Shown here: positions 10,520 through 24,297 of the stretch, piece by piece
Layout of the letters: each line of letters starts with the position of its first letter
Position numbering within the stretch: position 1 is the stretch's first letter
NCBI GenBank assembly: GCA_008632985.1
Contig: QPGO01000032.1
Coordinates: 369,330-433,329 of the forward strand
Length of the DNA: 64,000 nt
From: Psammoneis japonica
Lineage: Eukaryota
Direction of reading: 5' to 3'
Notes under the pieces: model-generated
Told to the model about the DNA's origin: nothing
The model's database searches: none
Seen by the model: the letters and a program-made list of their open reading frames with translations, nothing else
Translations under genes and position numbers: made by a program

Positions 10520-13500
10520 GGGTCACAGCAACTCACAAAGAACAACACACACAGAATCCATGCATGTTTTTGTGCTGCTGTGCAATGGATGACTCTGAGG
10601 TGGTGTGTTTGTGCTGCATGAGAAAGGAGGAAAAAGTCTGCTGTGCATGTGTGTGTGAATCTTGTTGTTTTTGTCAACATGTTTTTGTCAACACAACTCT
10701 CCAAATGTTCTCTGGGTTCCATCAAAAAGACCCCCAACACCACTGTCAGTCTGCAGCTGGGTGTGTTGGCAGGCCATGCCAGTTTGTCCTTTCACTCTAG
10801 AGATGGGAGAGCTTGAAGTTGCTCTCACTCTCTTTTCTGGCTGGGCAATGAAGAAACTTGGCTCCAGCCACACACAACTGCACCAGATGGGCCTCACAGT
10901 GCTCAACCACAGCTCTCATCTCCATGGGTCCACAGCAACCCATGAAGAACAATGCACAAAGAATCCATGCACGTTTTTGTGCTGCTGTGCAATGGATGAT
11001 TCTGAGGTGGTGTTCATGCTGCACGAGAAAGGAGGAAAAAGTCTGCTGCATGTGCGTGTGTGAATCTTGTTGTTTTTGTCAACACAATTCTCTGAATGAT
11101 CTCTGGGTTCCATCAAAGGCCCCCAAAACACTGCCATCAGTCTGCAGCTGGGTGTGTTGGCAGGCCATGCCAGTTTGTCCTTTCACTCTGGAGATGGGAG
11201 AGCTTGAAGTTGCTCTCACTCTCTTTTCTGGCTGGGCAATGAAGAAACTTGGCTCCAGCCACACACAGCTGCACCAGATGGGCCTTGCAGTGCTCAACCA
11301 CAGCTCTCATTTCTGTGGATTCTGCCAGAGAGTTCACCAACATTCTCAGTCTGCAGATGATGTCTTTGTTGGTTGCGTTGTCATTTGCTTTCACTCTCTG
11401 GAGTTGCAAGCCCCCCAGCTCTGTGTTGGGCCAAGTGATGGGCATTGCAGCACTCAGCCACATTTCTCAAAGTGTTCCCTGGGCTCCACCAGAGACCATC
11501 ATCATTGCTCTCATCCTGCAGTTGTTGTGCTGATTGATTGCACATCAGGGTGTCAATTCCCACTTGAATGTGGGAATTTCAGTTCTGGCTGTGGCATGAA
11601 TGAGAAACAACTGCTGGCTCCTTGCTGCTGCCCAAGATGAGTGCATCGCTCAACCACATTTCTCAAAGTGTTTCTTCCCCTGGAAGAGACCTCAAAGTCT
11701 CTCAGCCTGCAGCTGTTGGGCTGGTTGGTTGCATCAGGGTGTCCCATCCCATCACTCTGGAGTCAGGAATTTCAGCTCACTCTTGCATGGACAAAGTGAC
11801 TTGGGGGTGCAATTGCAGCCAATGAGCCATGTGACTCTCAACCGCTGCTCTCATGTTGCTTTCCAGACAACCCTGGGGACCTGTGATGCCCTCAAACTGC
11901 ACTTGTTTGGTTGGTTGGTTGGTTGCACAATTGTGTGTCCTTTCTCTCTGCAGCAGTTGGAATTTCAGGTCTCACTCTGGCATGCACTCAGTGAGTGGGG
12001 GTTGCATCTGGGCCACGTGTTGGTTGTTGCACCACTCTGCCACCAACCTCAACATGTTCCCTGGGTTCCAACTGAGATCTTCAATGCTCCAAGCTTGCAG
12101 TTGTTTGCTGGTTTGTTGCATGAGAGTGTCCTTTCACTCTGGAGTCAGGAGTTTCAGCTCTCAATCTGGCATGGATGAAGTGACAGGTGGCTGCAACTGC
12201 ACCAGATGATCCTTCTTGCAACACTCCATTGCCATTCTCAAAGCTTTCCCTGGGTTCCTTTGAAGACCTTCAAGGCCATCAGCATGCAATTGTTGGGTCA
12301 GTTGGTTGCATCTGAGCATTCTTTCTCTGGAGTGTCAGGAGTTGCTCTGCGCTCACTCTGGCATGCACCCAGTGCCTGGTGGCTGCAAATGCACCAGATG
12401 AGCCTTCTTGCAACACTCCGCTGCTGTTCTCAAAGTGTTCCATGGGGTCCTCTGAGACCTTCAATGCCCTCAGCATGCAGCTGTTGGGTTGGTTGCTTGC
12501 ACCAGGGTGTTCTTTCTCTGAGGATTCAGGAGTTTTTCTGCTCTCTCTCTGATGGCAGGTGTTGAGTGTCTGGTGGCTGTAAATGCACCAGATGGGCATT
12601 GCAACACTCCACTGCCACTCTCAAAGTGTTCCCTGGGTCTCTCTGAAGACCTTCAATGCCCTCAGCGTGCAGCCATTGGGCTGGTTGTTTGTTCTTTCAG
12701 GGTGTCCCATCACATCACTCTGGAGTCAGGAATTTCAGCTCACTCTTGCATGGACAAAGTGACTTGGGGGTGCAATTGCAGCCAATGAGCCATGCAACTC
12801 TCAACCGCTGCTCTCATGTTGCTCTCCAGACAACCCTGGGAACCTTTGATGCCCTCAAACTGCACTTGTTTGGTTGGTTGGTTGCACAAGTGTGTGTCCT
12901 TTCTCTCTGCAGCAGCTGGAATCTCAGGTCTCACTCTGGCATGCACTCACTGAGTGGGGGCTGCATCTGGGCCACATGTTTGTTGTTGCATCACTCTGCC
13001 ACCAACCTCAACATGTTCCCTGGGTTCCAACTAAGATCTTCAATGCTCTGAGCTTGCAGTTGTTTTGCTGGTTTGTTGCATGAGGGTGTCTTTTCACTCT
13101 GGAGTCAGGAGATTCAGCTCTCAATCTGGCATGGATGAAGTGACAGGTGGCTGCAACTGCACCAGATGAGTCTTCTTGCAATGCTCCACCACTGTTCTCT
13201 AAGTGCTCCATGGGTTCCTCTGAAGACCATCAATGCCCTCAGCATGCAGCTGTTGGGTTGGTTGCTTGCATCAGGATGTTCTTTCTCTGAGGAGTCAGGA
13301 GTTGTTCTGCTCTCACTCTGGCATGCATTGAGTGTCTGGTGGCTGCAAATGCACCAGATGGGCATTGCAACACACCACCACCACTCTCAAAGTGTTCCCT
13401 GGGTCTCTCTGAAGACCTTCAATGCCCTCAGCATTCAGCTGTTGGGCTGGTTGTTTGTTTGCATCAGGGTGTTCTTTCTCTGAGGAGTCAGGAGTTTTTC

Positions 13501-15610
13501 TGCTCTCACTCTGGCATGCATTGAGTGTTTGGTGGCTGCAACCATGCCAGATGGTCCTTGCAACACTCCACCACCATTCTCAAAGTGTTCCCTGGGTGCC
13601 TCCAAACAACTTCAATGCCCTCAGCATGCAATTGTTGGGTTGGTTGTTTGCATCTGGGTGTTCTTTCACTGTTGATTTGGGAATTTTCTGCTCTCACCAT
13701 TTTTCCATTTAGTGTTTGGTGGCTGCAGCCGCACCCCAGATGGGTGTCCCAACACTCCACCACCACTCTCAAAGTGTTCCCCGGGTGCCTCCAAACAACT
13801 TCAATGCCCTCAGCATGCAGTTGTTGTCTTGGTTGTTTGCATCTGGGTGTTCTTTCACTGAGGACTCAGGAGTTTCTGCTCTCACCATGTCATGGATCAT
13901 GTGTCTGATGGTTGCAACCGCACCAGATGGGTGTTGCAACACTCCACCACCACAATGCTTTCAGCATGCAGTTGTTGTGGCTTGGTTGTTTGCATCAGGG
14001 TGTTCTTTCACTGTGGATTTGTGAGTTTCTGCTCTCACCATGTCATGGATTGAGTGCCTGGCAGCTGAAACTGCACCAGATGGGCATTGTGACACTCCAC
14101 CACTGTTCTCAAAGTGTTCCCTGGGTCCCTCTGAAGACATTCAATGCCCCCAGCATGCAGTTGTTGGGCTGGTTGTTTGCATCAGGGTGTCATTTCTCTC
14201 AGGAGTCAGGAGTTCTTCTGCTCTCACTCTGGCATGCATTGAGTGTCTTGCAGCTGCAACTGCACCAGATGGGCCTTGCAACACTCCACCACCACTCTCA
14301 AAGTGTTCTCTGGATGCCTTTGAAGAACTTCAATGCCCTCAGCATGCAGTTGCTGGCTTTGTTGTTTGCATCAGGGTGTTCTTTCACTGTGGATTCAGGA
14401 GTTTCTGCTCTCATCACTCAGCATTCAGCTGTTGGGCTGGTTGTTTGTTTGCATCAGGGTGTTCTTTCTCTGAGGAGTCAGGAGTTTTTCTGCTCTCACT
14501 CTGGCATGCATTGAGTGTTTTGCAGCTGCAACTGTGCCAGATGGTCCTTGCAACACTCCACCACCATTCTCAAAGTGTGCTCCCTGGGTGCCTCCAAATG
14601 ACTTCAATGCCCTCAGCATGCAATTGTTGGGTTGGTTGTTTGCATCTGGGTGTTCTTTCACTGTTGATTGGGGAGTTTCTTCTGCTCTCACCATGTCATG
14701 GATTGAGTGTTTGGTGGCTGCAGCCGCACCCCAGATGTGTGTTCCAACACTCCACCACCACTCTCAAAGCATTTCCCGGGTGCCTCCAAATGACTTCAAT
14801 GCCCTCAGCATGCAGTTGTTGGGTTGGTTGCCTGCATCAGGGTGTTCTTTCTCTGAGAAGTCAGGAGTTTTTCTGCTCTCACTCTGGCATGCATTGAGTG
14901 TCTGGTGGCTGCAACCGCACCAGATTGGCCTGGCAACACTCCACCACCATTGTTTGCATCAGGGTGTTCTTTCACTGAGGATTCAGGAATTTCTGTGCTC
15001 TCACCATGTCATGGATTAAGTGACCGGTGGCTGCAGCTGCACCAGATGGGCCTGCTGGCAACACTCCACCACTGTTCTCAAAGTGTTTCCTGGGTTTTTC
15101 TGAAGACCTTCAATGTCCTCAGCGTGCAGTTGTTGGGCAGGTTGTTTTCATTGGGGCGTTCTTTTGCTGTGGATTTAGGAGTTTCTGCTCTCACCACTTT
15201 TAATGGGCCAAGCAACCGGTGGTTGCAGCTGCGCCAGATGGGCCTGGCAACACTCCACCACCATTCTCAAAGCATTCCCTGGGTTCCTCCAAAGACCTTC
15301 AATGCCCTCAGCATGCAGTTGTTGGGATGTTTGGTTGCGCTGGGGTGTTTTTTCACTGTGGAGGAGTTGGGGGTTTCAGCTCTCACCATGGCATGGATCA
15401 AGTGACTGGGGGTGCAAGTGCTCCAGATGAGCCCTTCAACACCCACCCACCCCATTCTCAAAGGTGGGAGACCTTCAGTGCCCTCAGCATGCAGCTGGGT
15501 GGTTGGTTGGTTGCGTCAGGATGCTCTTTCACTGGTGGCTTTGTCCAGCACAGCTGCGCTGGGCAAGTCTTGCAACTTGCAACTCTCAACTGCTGTTCTC
15601 AAGTGTTCCC
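10520..15610. repeat. Tandem satellite, ~190-193-bp monomer, with ~410-bp and ~964-bp higher-order duplications
   Basis: Recurring gcaacactccaccacc..ctcaaagtgttccctggg..cttcaatgccctcagcatgca at ~12218, 12410, 12601, 13367, 13560, 13750 etc. Confidence 0.9.
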
Positions 15611-18600
15611 TGGCTTCCAAATGACAAACCGCCAAGCAAATTCTGGTGTGTCATGTGGAGTTTGGTGTGCTGTTGCATGTTGGACATTGGCGACATGACA
15701 GTTGGGGCTTGGACAACTGATGTGACATGGTGTTGGAGGGAAGCTTGATGGGTCATCCTCCAATGGCACTCACTTGTTGCAAGTGGTCGCAACAGGCCTC
15801 AGAGTGTCTTTGGGATCATTGTGTTGTTGTCATGCCAGCACTGTGAGTGGCTGAGTGATCCTCACACAGAGCTGGATTTGTTCAATTTTTGCTGCCCAGC
15901 ATGACATTTGATCACACTTGCATTGCAACATTTGTTTCATTTGTCCTGACGAACAAAAATCAAAAATGGGTCAAGCACAAATGAAAGCAGAACAAAGTGC
16001 AAAAAGTGAAAATTCATGAGATTAGATTTTGCTCAATCATTTTGGGTTTCTCTGAACAAGTTCTCAATCATGGCCCAAAGCTTCTGCACTGCTTCCACAG
16101 ACCAAATGTCTGCAACATGTTTCCGTGCTTGACAAGAGTGCAACTTGTCAATGACTGAAATTTTTCACATGCGTGCTGATTGCATGCACAGATCTTCAAC
16201 ACACACAATTGTCAATTTTGTTTCTTGGCACACAAACAAACAAATCTTTTTTGCTTGTTTTAAGCCACCTGTGTGGCTCATTCTGTCCACATTTCAAACA
16301 CTTGTCAAGAACAGTTTCACTTTCCCCCCTTCCATTTGTCAGATCCATGCCTTTGTTTGAGTTGCCTGTTTGGCTCACACAAGTGTTTTCTCTGTGTGCT
16401 GCAGTTTGCCACTTGCAGAGCAAAAATGAGTCTTTGACCAATGCAGCAGCTGCAAAATCAATTCTGTGATGTGCTTGTTGAGTGCAAGACCCAGACAAAC
16501 AACCCAGGTGAGAGTGAACAATTGCTTGTTGCCACAGTGTCTCTTGAAAATGATGTGAATGTCACTCAATGCATTGTTCATGCAGCGTGGCACCACACAG
16601 GTGCAGTCTCATTTCAGTTCGGAAGAAGGGTGGGTTCCAGTTTTGGGTGGTTGAGATCCACACTTGTGAGCAAAAAAGAAAAAAAAGAATGGACAATGTG
16701 CACCCTTGGTGTGACACAATCATCTTGTCAATGATGTGAGCCATGCTCACAGATGTTGAACAGATGGTTGTGGGTCTGGAACATCTTTTTGGAAGCCAGT
16801 TTTGGATGCTGCCTTTTGGGGAGCAACTGGCAAAAGGACACAGGTGACTTCAACTGTTTTCATGGGTGCCGCCAACTTCTGTTGTGTGCAAGTGACACTC
16901 ACAGGGTGTGGTGCAACAGTGAGGGGGTTGTTGCAGGTGTTTCATCATCCTGCTGTTTGACATGATGACTGCACTCATTCTGGCTGGTGCAAGGGACTCT
17001 TGGGGCTTTGTTTGTCTTTCTTGATTGTTTTGTCCCATTTCAACAACTGCGTCATTCAACAACAATGACAGGTGCACTGGACTGGGCATTTCAGTGAAAA
17101 AACAGACATTGATGCATGTGTTTTCTTGGCATGCTGGAGTTTGCCAGTTCAAACTGTCGTGGCATGTTGCGTCTCCTCAAGGTCATGGCGCACAGCTCCC
17201 AGTCACAATTGGCTGTTGACAGCACTGGTCCACACTGCTTTGTCAAATTGCCCATCAAAAAATCCATTCTCATCATGGCAGCAATGATTTCCAGTGCTGC
17301 TTGGAGCCTTGCAGAGAGAGCTGCCTGCACACACCAAGTTCCAGATCAATCCTGCTGTCAAGCTTGAATGTTGCCAGTTGCATTTGTTGACTCTTGCCAT
17401 TTGTCACATTCAATGTCCTTCCACACAGCAGATGCTTCCTGCACTGTTGCAAAGCCTTCAATCCACAATGTCAACAAACTGCACATCATTCCGTGTGAGC
17501 AAATGATGAAAATGGTTGTCCAACAGAAGTGTTCTGGCCAGCTGTCATCAATTGCCTGTCTCACTGGCAGCATTTTTTACAGTTTGATCCCAATCTCAGA
17601 AGCGCTGTCTGCTTGAAAATGCCTCTTCCCAGACAATGTGAACAGTTTGAGCTGTGCTCTGAATTGACTTGGTTGGAGCTGGCATGTTCACATGATCCAA
17701 GGTCCAACTGCCCACAGCTCCTCAGGAACTCGCACAAATTTTTGACACCTGATGACTGCACAGGATTGTCTCATGCAGCATTAGAAGGTGTTGTTTGAGC
17801 CATTGATTGAAACTTTTGGATGGTTCAATGCAGACATTCAGTTGATTTGATTGTCACAAATGATCATGACAAGCAAGGATTGCTTGTGTTTTTGACATGG
17901 AAAACAAAACCAAAGAAAGATCTGGTGCCTTTCTGCATCATCTTTGTTGAATGTGCCATCCAAGTCATGGGTGTCTGCAGAGTGCATTCCACTTTAGACC
18001 TTCAAAACATTTGCTGCAGCATCCAATGCAGAAGAAACAAAGATGTTGAGTGAAAAGTTCAGATGATGATCAAAGACATTGAATGAAGATGCCTTTCTTT
18101 GGGACACCCACCTTGTGATCACAATGACATTTCAACATGCTCTCCAGGTGTTTCTTGCACTTGGCGGCAACTGTTGCCACCACCGCAACTGATCCCATGA
18201 TCAACTTGAGTTGCATTGCTTGCATGTCTGCATTTTGGAAAGAAAAAGAATTGATTTTATGGGTTGTGAGCGTTTTTGTCAAAAACCACAGCAATGGCCG
18301 CACGGACATGGCCCAAAAGCATCATGTTGAGTCACCTGTGTGGCTCATTTTGTCCTCATTTTGAACTCTTGTTAAGAACAGCTTTGTTTGTTTTTTTCCT
18401 TCACACGTCAGATCTCTGCCTTTGCTTTAGTTGCCTGCATGGCTCATTTTGTCCTCATTTTAAACCTCTCAAGAACAGCTTCATTTGTCTCCTTTTCCCT
18501 CCATTTTGTCAGCTCTCTGCCTTTGCTTTGCTCTGTCTCTGCTGCACCTGTCCTTTTTTCCTGCTGGGCACTGCACAACTCATCCTCTGATCTGACATCC

Positions 18601-19419
18601 ACCAACAACAATGGCGTGCCTCTGTCACAATCCACCTTGTTGTCCTGGTTGGATGTGTGACAATGACACAACAACAACAGCCGTGCTCTCCAAAGACATT
18701 TTCTCAAAGGCATCTCCAGTGCTCTTCTTTCTCCATTTTGGCCTGAACCCTGATGATGACTTTGAGAAGCACACCCCCAGTGCTGCAGGAAGAGAAGCTT
18801 GGATGCAAACTTGCCAAGGGATGGTCTTTGCATCTCATGAAGCAAGCAATGGCACACCTGCTTGGAAAGCCAGCCACTGCCAGATGACAGAGACTGGGAA
18901 GATTGTCTCATCTTCTTCCCTGTCACCATCACCACAAAGGAAGACAATGACCAGAGTTCATCAGCCACACATCCTCAGTTCCAAGGGGTTCATTCTGGCA
19001 TTGAGTTTGATGACATGTCTTGGTGTCTTCTCCAATTGGAGCAACAGGCTTGCCAAGTGGATGGCGCATGATGCACAGGACAACACCACTTGAGAAGCTA
19101 AAATGGAGCATGTGGTGGTGTCCTCATGTCCCAGCAAACATTTGCCAAATGCCAAGCCAGATCATCATCATTGCCACAAATGCACATTGGTTTGACTTGC
19201 TGCCTGCATGACATGCAACCCAAATGCACTCAGAGTCCAGTTGATGAGTGGCCCAATTGTGATGTCTTTGCTCTCTTGATTTGGGAAGCTGCCAGCCTTG
19301 TCTTGGGCAGCAGCATCCCCTTGCATGATTCCTCCACAAACAAGAAGATGCCCAGCTGTGCAAGGTGTGGAAGCATGAGGCCCACAGAGGATGTGGCAAA
19401 GGAGGTGTGCAGTTGTCTT

Positions 19420-20630
19420 GGGATGGAATTGGAGGACTCCAGTGGGTTGCCAGGGACATGCCAACAACCATGGTTGGGGAGCAGCAAATGCCTTGACTTG
19501 TGTCAATGCAGCACCTTGTCTCTCTGACATGACTGGCTTTGGCCCAGCCAGCCAACCTGCAGAGACAATGGAAACATCTGTGCAACAGCACAAGTGCTCC
19601 ATTGTCTTGGGGGGTGACATTGGATGACTCAGTTGGGTCCCAGAGGATGCAATGACAAAAATGGTTGGGAAGCAAAGGCCTTGTCTTGTGTCAATGCAGT
19701 CCTTTGTCTCTCTGACATGAATGGGTTTGGCCCTGCCCACCCACCTGCAGAGACAAGAAAACCATCTGTGCAACAGTGCAAGTGCTCAGTTGTCTTGGGA
19801 CGGCTTTTGGCAACTCCATTGGATGATCCCAGAGAAGCCAACAACAACATTGGCTGGGAAGCAAAGGCCTTGGCTTGTGTCAATGCAGCCCTTTGTGTCT
19901 CTCTGACATGACTGGCTGGGTTTGGCCCCGCCACCCCACCTGCAGAGACAAGAAAACCATCTGTGTGCTCAGCTGCATTGGGGTTCTTTTGGCGACTTCA
20001 TTGGATCACAGAGGACACAGCAACAATGGCTGGGAAGCACATGCCTTGTCATCTTGTGTCAATGCAGCACCTTGTCTCTCTGACATGACTGGGTTTGGCC
20101 CAGCCAAGAACCAATTTGCAAGAAAGAAAGGGATCCATCTGCGCAACAGCGCAAGTGCTCAGTTGTCTTGGGATGGCTTTTGGTGACTCCGTTGGATCCC
20201 AGAGGAGCCAACAACAACAACGGCTGGGAAGCACATGCCTTGTCTTGTGTCAATGCAGCACCTTGTCTCTCTGACATGACTGGGTTTGACCAAGCCAAGA
20301 ACCAACTTGCAAGAAAGACAAGGGAGCCATCTGTGTGACAGCACAAGCACTCAGTTGTCTTGGGATGGGCACAAAAAACTTCATTGGGTCCCAGAGGAGG
20401 CAAGAACAACAATGGTTGGGAAGGAAAAGCCTGATCTTGGGCCAACACAGCTGCTTTTCTGTCTGATGTGATTGGCTTGTTGCTTTGGCCCAGCCACCTC
20501 ACCTGTGGAGACAAGGGAGCTTTCTGTGCCGTGTTGCAGTGCAAGTGCACAGTTGTCTTTGGACAGCCTTGCTTGGGTGCCTCCAAAGTGTCCCAGAAGA
20601 GCCAACAACAACCAGGACAGGGAATCACTG
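19420..20630. repeat. Tandem repeat, ~189-bp monomer, ~6 copies
   Basis: ttgtgtcaatgcagc..tgtctctctgacatga at ~19499, 19687, 19876, 20055, 20245. Confidence 0.9.
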
Positions 20631-23600
20631 AATGGAAATTCACAGTGTTCCCTGTCTCTCATTTGGGCGGAAAACCAAGAAAGAGCAGAAGAGCAAGACC
20701 CACCTTCAAGTTGCCCACTTTCTTTACAAGGTTGGTCTCCAAAGTTTTCATTTCACTGGCATGAAGGGTCTGTTTTTAAGCTTTCTGGAGAGAGGCAATT
20801 GTTTTGTTGGCAGCGGCAATTTTTGAACACACCAAATGGCAAAAAGGTGTTGATTGAGGTCCCGGAGCTGGGAGTGTGCAGCATGAGTGTGAAAATTGTT
20901 TCAATCTTCCAAGAACACATTGATGCAATAAAATCAAGATTTTTGAATGCATGTGTGACATTGGTGACTAGCTGAATGATTCGTCGAGGCAGTTTCAGAT
21001 CATTCAAGCCATCGTGTTGCAATGAAATCATTGACTTTTAAAACAAAGTCATTGCTGAAGACGAGATGCCAACAGGAAGAATCAACTGATGGTCAGGCTC
21101 GCATTTTGGCCAAAAACATGAATGGTCACTCCCTCACAAGACACAAAAATTGCAAACTCAAGTTGCATCCGACATCTGACAATGAGAGCAGTGGGGACAG
21201 GCAGTGGCATTGCGGATGGGACAGAATAAAATGCAGGACACAAGGTGAGAAAAACAAGTGGCAAAGGCATGGGGATCGGGTGTGCAGTGCAAACATCTGA
21301 CACTTGTGCACATCTTTGCATGCAGACGTCTGGACATGCAACCAAGGGCACAAAGGTGGCAGAAGCAGCACACAAGATGAGATTGCAAGAAAAACAAGAA
21401 ATGCACAAAACCTGGTCATTGGCACAAAGAGTTTTCTCTTGTTGCAGGCAACGCTTTGGCCTGCCAAACAGAAAGAGCACAGGGTGGATCATTGCAGAAT
21501 GATGTTGTTGCCTGCTGGTCCAGACGATTGTGAAGAGAGCAAGAGTGGTTGCAAGGGAGGACCAAAACACCACACCCATTGTGTGGAAACTGTGAAGGAC
21601 AACAGGAACTGGTGGAATGCAGGAGAAAAGAAGAATGGGAGGAAAAAGGGAGCACTGTTTGGTGTGCAGTGTAGAAATGACAAAAAAGAACATTTGCAAA
21701 TGAGATGACAAGCAGCACACAGCCAATGCACAATCAGGTCAAGAAGACAAATGAACATTGTGAACACATGGTTGTTGAGAAAGAAACAAGTGCAAGTGAC
21801 AAGTTTCACTGAGTGTCATTTCCTGCCTGGAAGGTCAGCCCAATTGTGGACAGACACACAAAAACAATGTCAAAACAGGCAGACATGAAAAATTGACAAG
21901 ATGTGTGTGTGATGTAACTGATTTGCACCAACCATTAAATCCCACTTGAAAGGTTCAAACAATGATTAAACTCCCTTTGTCAATGACTGTCAAGGACTTG
22001 TCAAGAACACATGATTCTGAACAAGAGAACATGAGTTCTGAACAAGAGCCACAACATTTTCCAGACAAAGGCATTTCAAAGAACACAATCATGACAACAG
22101 ATTGCCTGGATGTGACTGCAATTGACACACAAGATGTCAACATTGTCAAGTGGCTGCATTTGCAATTTCCAACATCCAATCCATCAATTCTGTGTGACTG
22201 ATCTGCCCTTCATGTGAACCCACAATTGATGTGTGATTGAAGTGCAACAATGTCAAAACACATGTGCACACACAAAATGTGCGTGACAGTGCACATTGCA
22301 ACAAAACAGCCACCTGGAAAAGGTTTGAAATCTTGATGTTGAGCATTTTTTAAAAGACAACAGCTTGCAGCTGTGAGAGAAATGTGCACAATTCAACAGA
22401 TGTCATTGGCACCTCAATCCTGTGCTCAGATGCTTGCACAGAAAAAAGTGAGAGATGGCACGTGACGCTCACACATTGTTTGCCTCTTTCTCTTCACAAG
22501 GATCGTTGCAAACACAAAGAGATTGAAGATCTGAAAGATCAGCAGTCAGCCCAAGATGCTGCTGGGAAGAAGACAATGACAATCTTCACACTGAGATCCC
22601 ACCCTTTAGAATCTGCACTTGTTTTTGAGGGGCTTGAAAAAATCTGCACCTGCTCCAAACAGAAATCTGGAATCTGCACCCCAGCGCAAATGTGTGCTGG
22701 ATGTGCACAGAACATGCCAGGCCCACCTGGGAAAGGGTTCTTCAAATCCAACAAAACCCAGTGCCATTTTCAACAGAGAATCAGCACAAATGTCTAGAAT
22801 CCTTGAAAATGTGCACCCGCTCCAAACCAAAATCTGGGGTGCAGATTTTCTGTGATGATCAGGGTGCATGGATCCCATGTTTTGTGATGTCTGCCGCGGC
22901 GCTGCACAGTGCTTTTTGGGCACAACTGTCAGCAATGAAGCCCTGGCAAGCACCGCCACAATGCAAAACACTGCTCATTGCAATGCACTGGTGGCCATTG
23001 TTGACAACAGACAATGCAGGTGGCCAGAGAAACCTCAAGGAGCTCCATGTTGACAAGTGCATCTGTTGGACAACTTTCTCCCAACTTGGGCTTGTTGTGA
23101 ACTCTGTTGGACAGAATGTGCTCGTGGAACAAGAGACCATGAAAGCTTGTCTCTTTGTCCTTGAGAGTTGAGAGTGTGTTCCCCAGCGACATTTGCCTCA
23201 CTCATTGCATGCAACAATGCAGTGTTTTGAGTGTTTTGGCAACTGTGGGCTCTGCTGCCTGCAGCCAGATGAGCCAGCCACTGGACAAACACACTGCGCC
23301 AGTTGCAACTTGCTTGCACCCAGCAAGTCATGACAATCAAATTTCCACATCCAGTGACATGGTCCCCAATGGTGCATGCCTCACTCATCCAATGACACAG
23401 TGTTCAATGTGCTCCAGTGATCAGGCTTTGGACAATCTGCTGCCAGATGAAAGTGCAATGTCAAAACAAACTGCACAGCAAATCGCGGCAATTGATTTTT
23501 CCTTGTCTGGTTTTCTCATCTTTTCTCATCCAAGGAAATTCAGGGCCAAGTGAGAAAAAGCTGCAACAGAAAACCCTGGAGACAGATGATCTTTTAGAGA

Positions 23601-24297
23601 ATTGTCGAGCTCTCTGCACACGACCTTGATGTGCAACAAAGACATCATCTTGACAGCTTTTTCATTTTGGTCGGCCACCGCAAAGCATGCAAAGGAATTG
23701 GCAACAACTTCAAAAGAGGGAAGTTCCTGCAAAAGTTGCCTCCACATGCAAAATTGTGATGTCAGTTTTACAAAGACACACAAAAATGACAGTGATTGAG
23801 AAATTTGGCAGCAGCCAAGATCCTGACAAAGTGTTTGAAAGTTCTCTTTTGCGCTTGTTTCTCCACCATCACAACTCATCATCTGGCATGATGTGTTTGT
23901 TGTTCACCAAGCCTGAATGCCGCAACACCCAAGGATGGCTCACCCTTCCTCTGGCTCTAATTGCCTGCTCTTGTTTGGCACGCCACAACTTGTTTTGCTT
24001 GTGCAAAGTGTTGTCTCTCTTTTTTTTTTGTCAAAGTCATTCAAACGCCACGGTAATTCTAGGACAAACATACATGGAGAGGACCCTTTAGTCATTTCAC
24101 TTTCGACAAATGTCTGTAAAGTGCCAGCAGTGTGATGAACCTTGTGATCATTTATCAAGCGACACGAGACCACTAACCACTAACCCCTAACCCCGTTGTA
24201 CTTCGTCAAAACGCTTCTCGTTTCTCTTACACGAAAAAGCAAAGTCATCGCAACGAGATAGAACACTAAAACGTTGACTCTTCATTAAAAGAGAACC

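Larger units (their letters stand above)
9480..24030. repeat. 14.5-kb TpA- and CpG-depleted domain containing satellites and decayed sequence
   Basis: TA and CG nearly absent; no credible gene. Confidence 0.75.

Noticed and set aside
10520..15610. CRISPR-like array
   Set aside because: Whole monomers are repeated with no unique spacers; no cas genes; eukaryotic context
9456..24173. Numerous overlapping 60-285 aa ORFs (also at 1-6.3, 35.8-37.9 and 56.5-63 kb)
   Set aside because: TpA loss removes TAA/TAG stops and Tyr codons, giving spurious Cys/His/Gln/Trp-rich ORFs in all frames
24171..24195. Telomere-like CTAACC(C) repeats
   Set aside because: Only three imperfect units; a local expansion of a promoter motif shared with copy A
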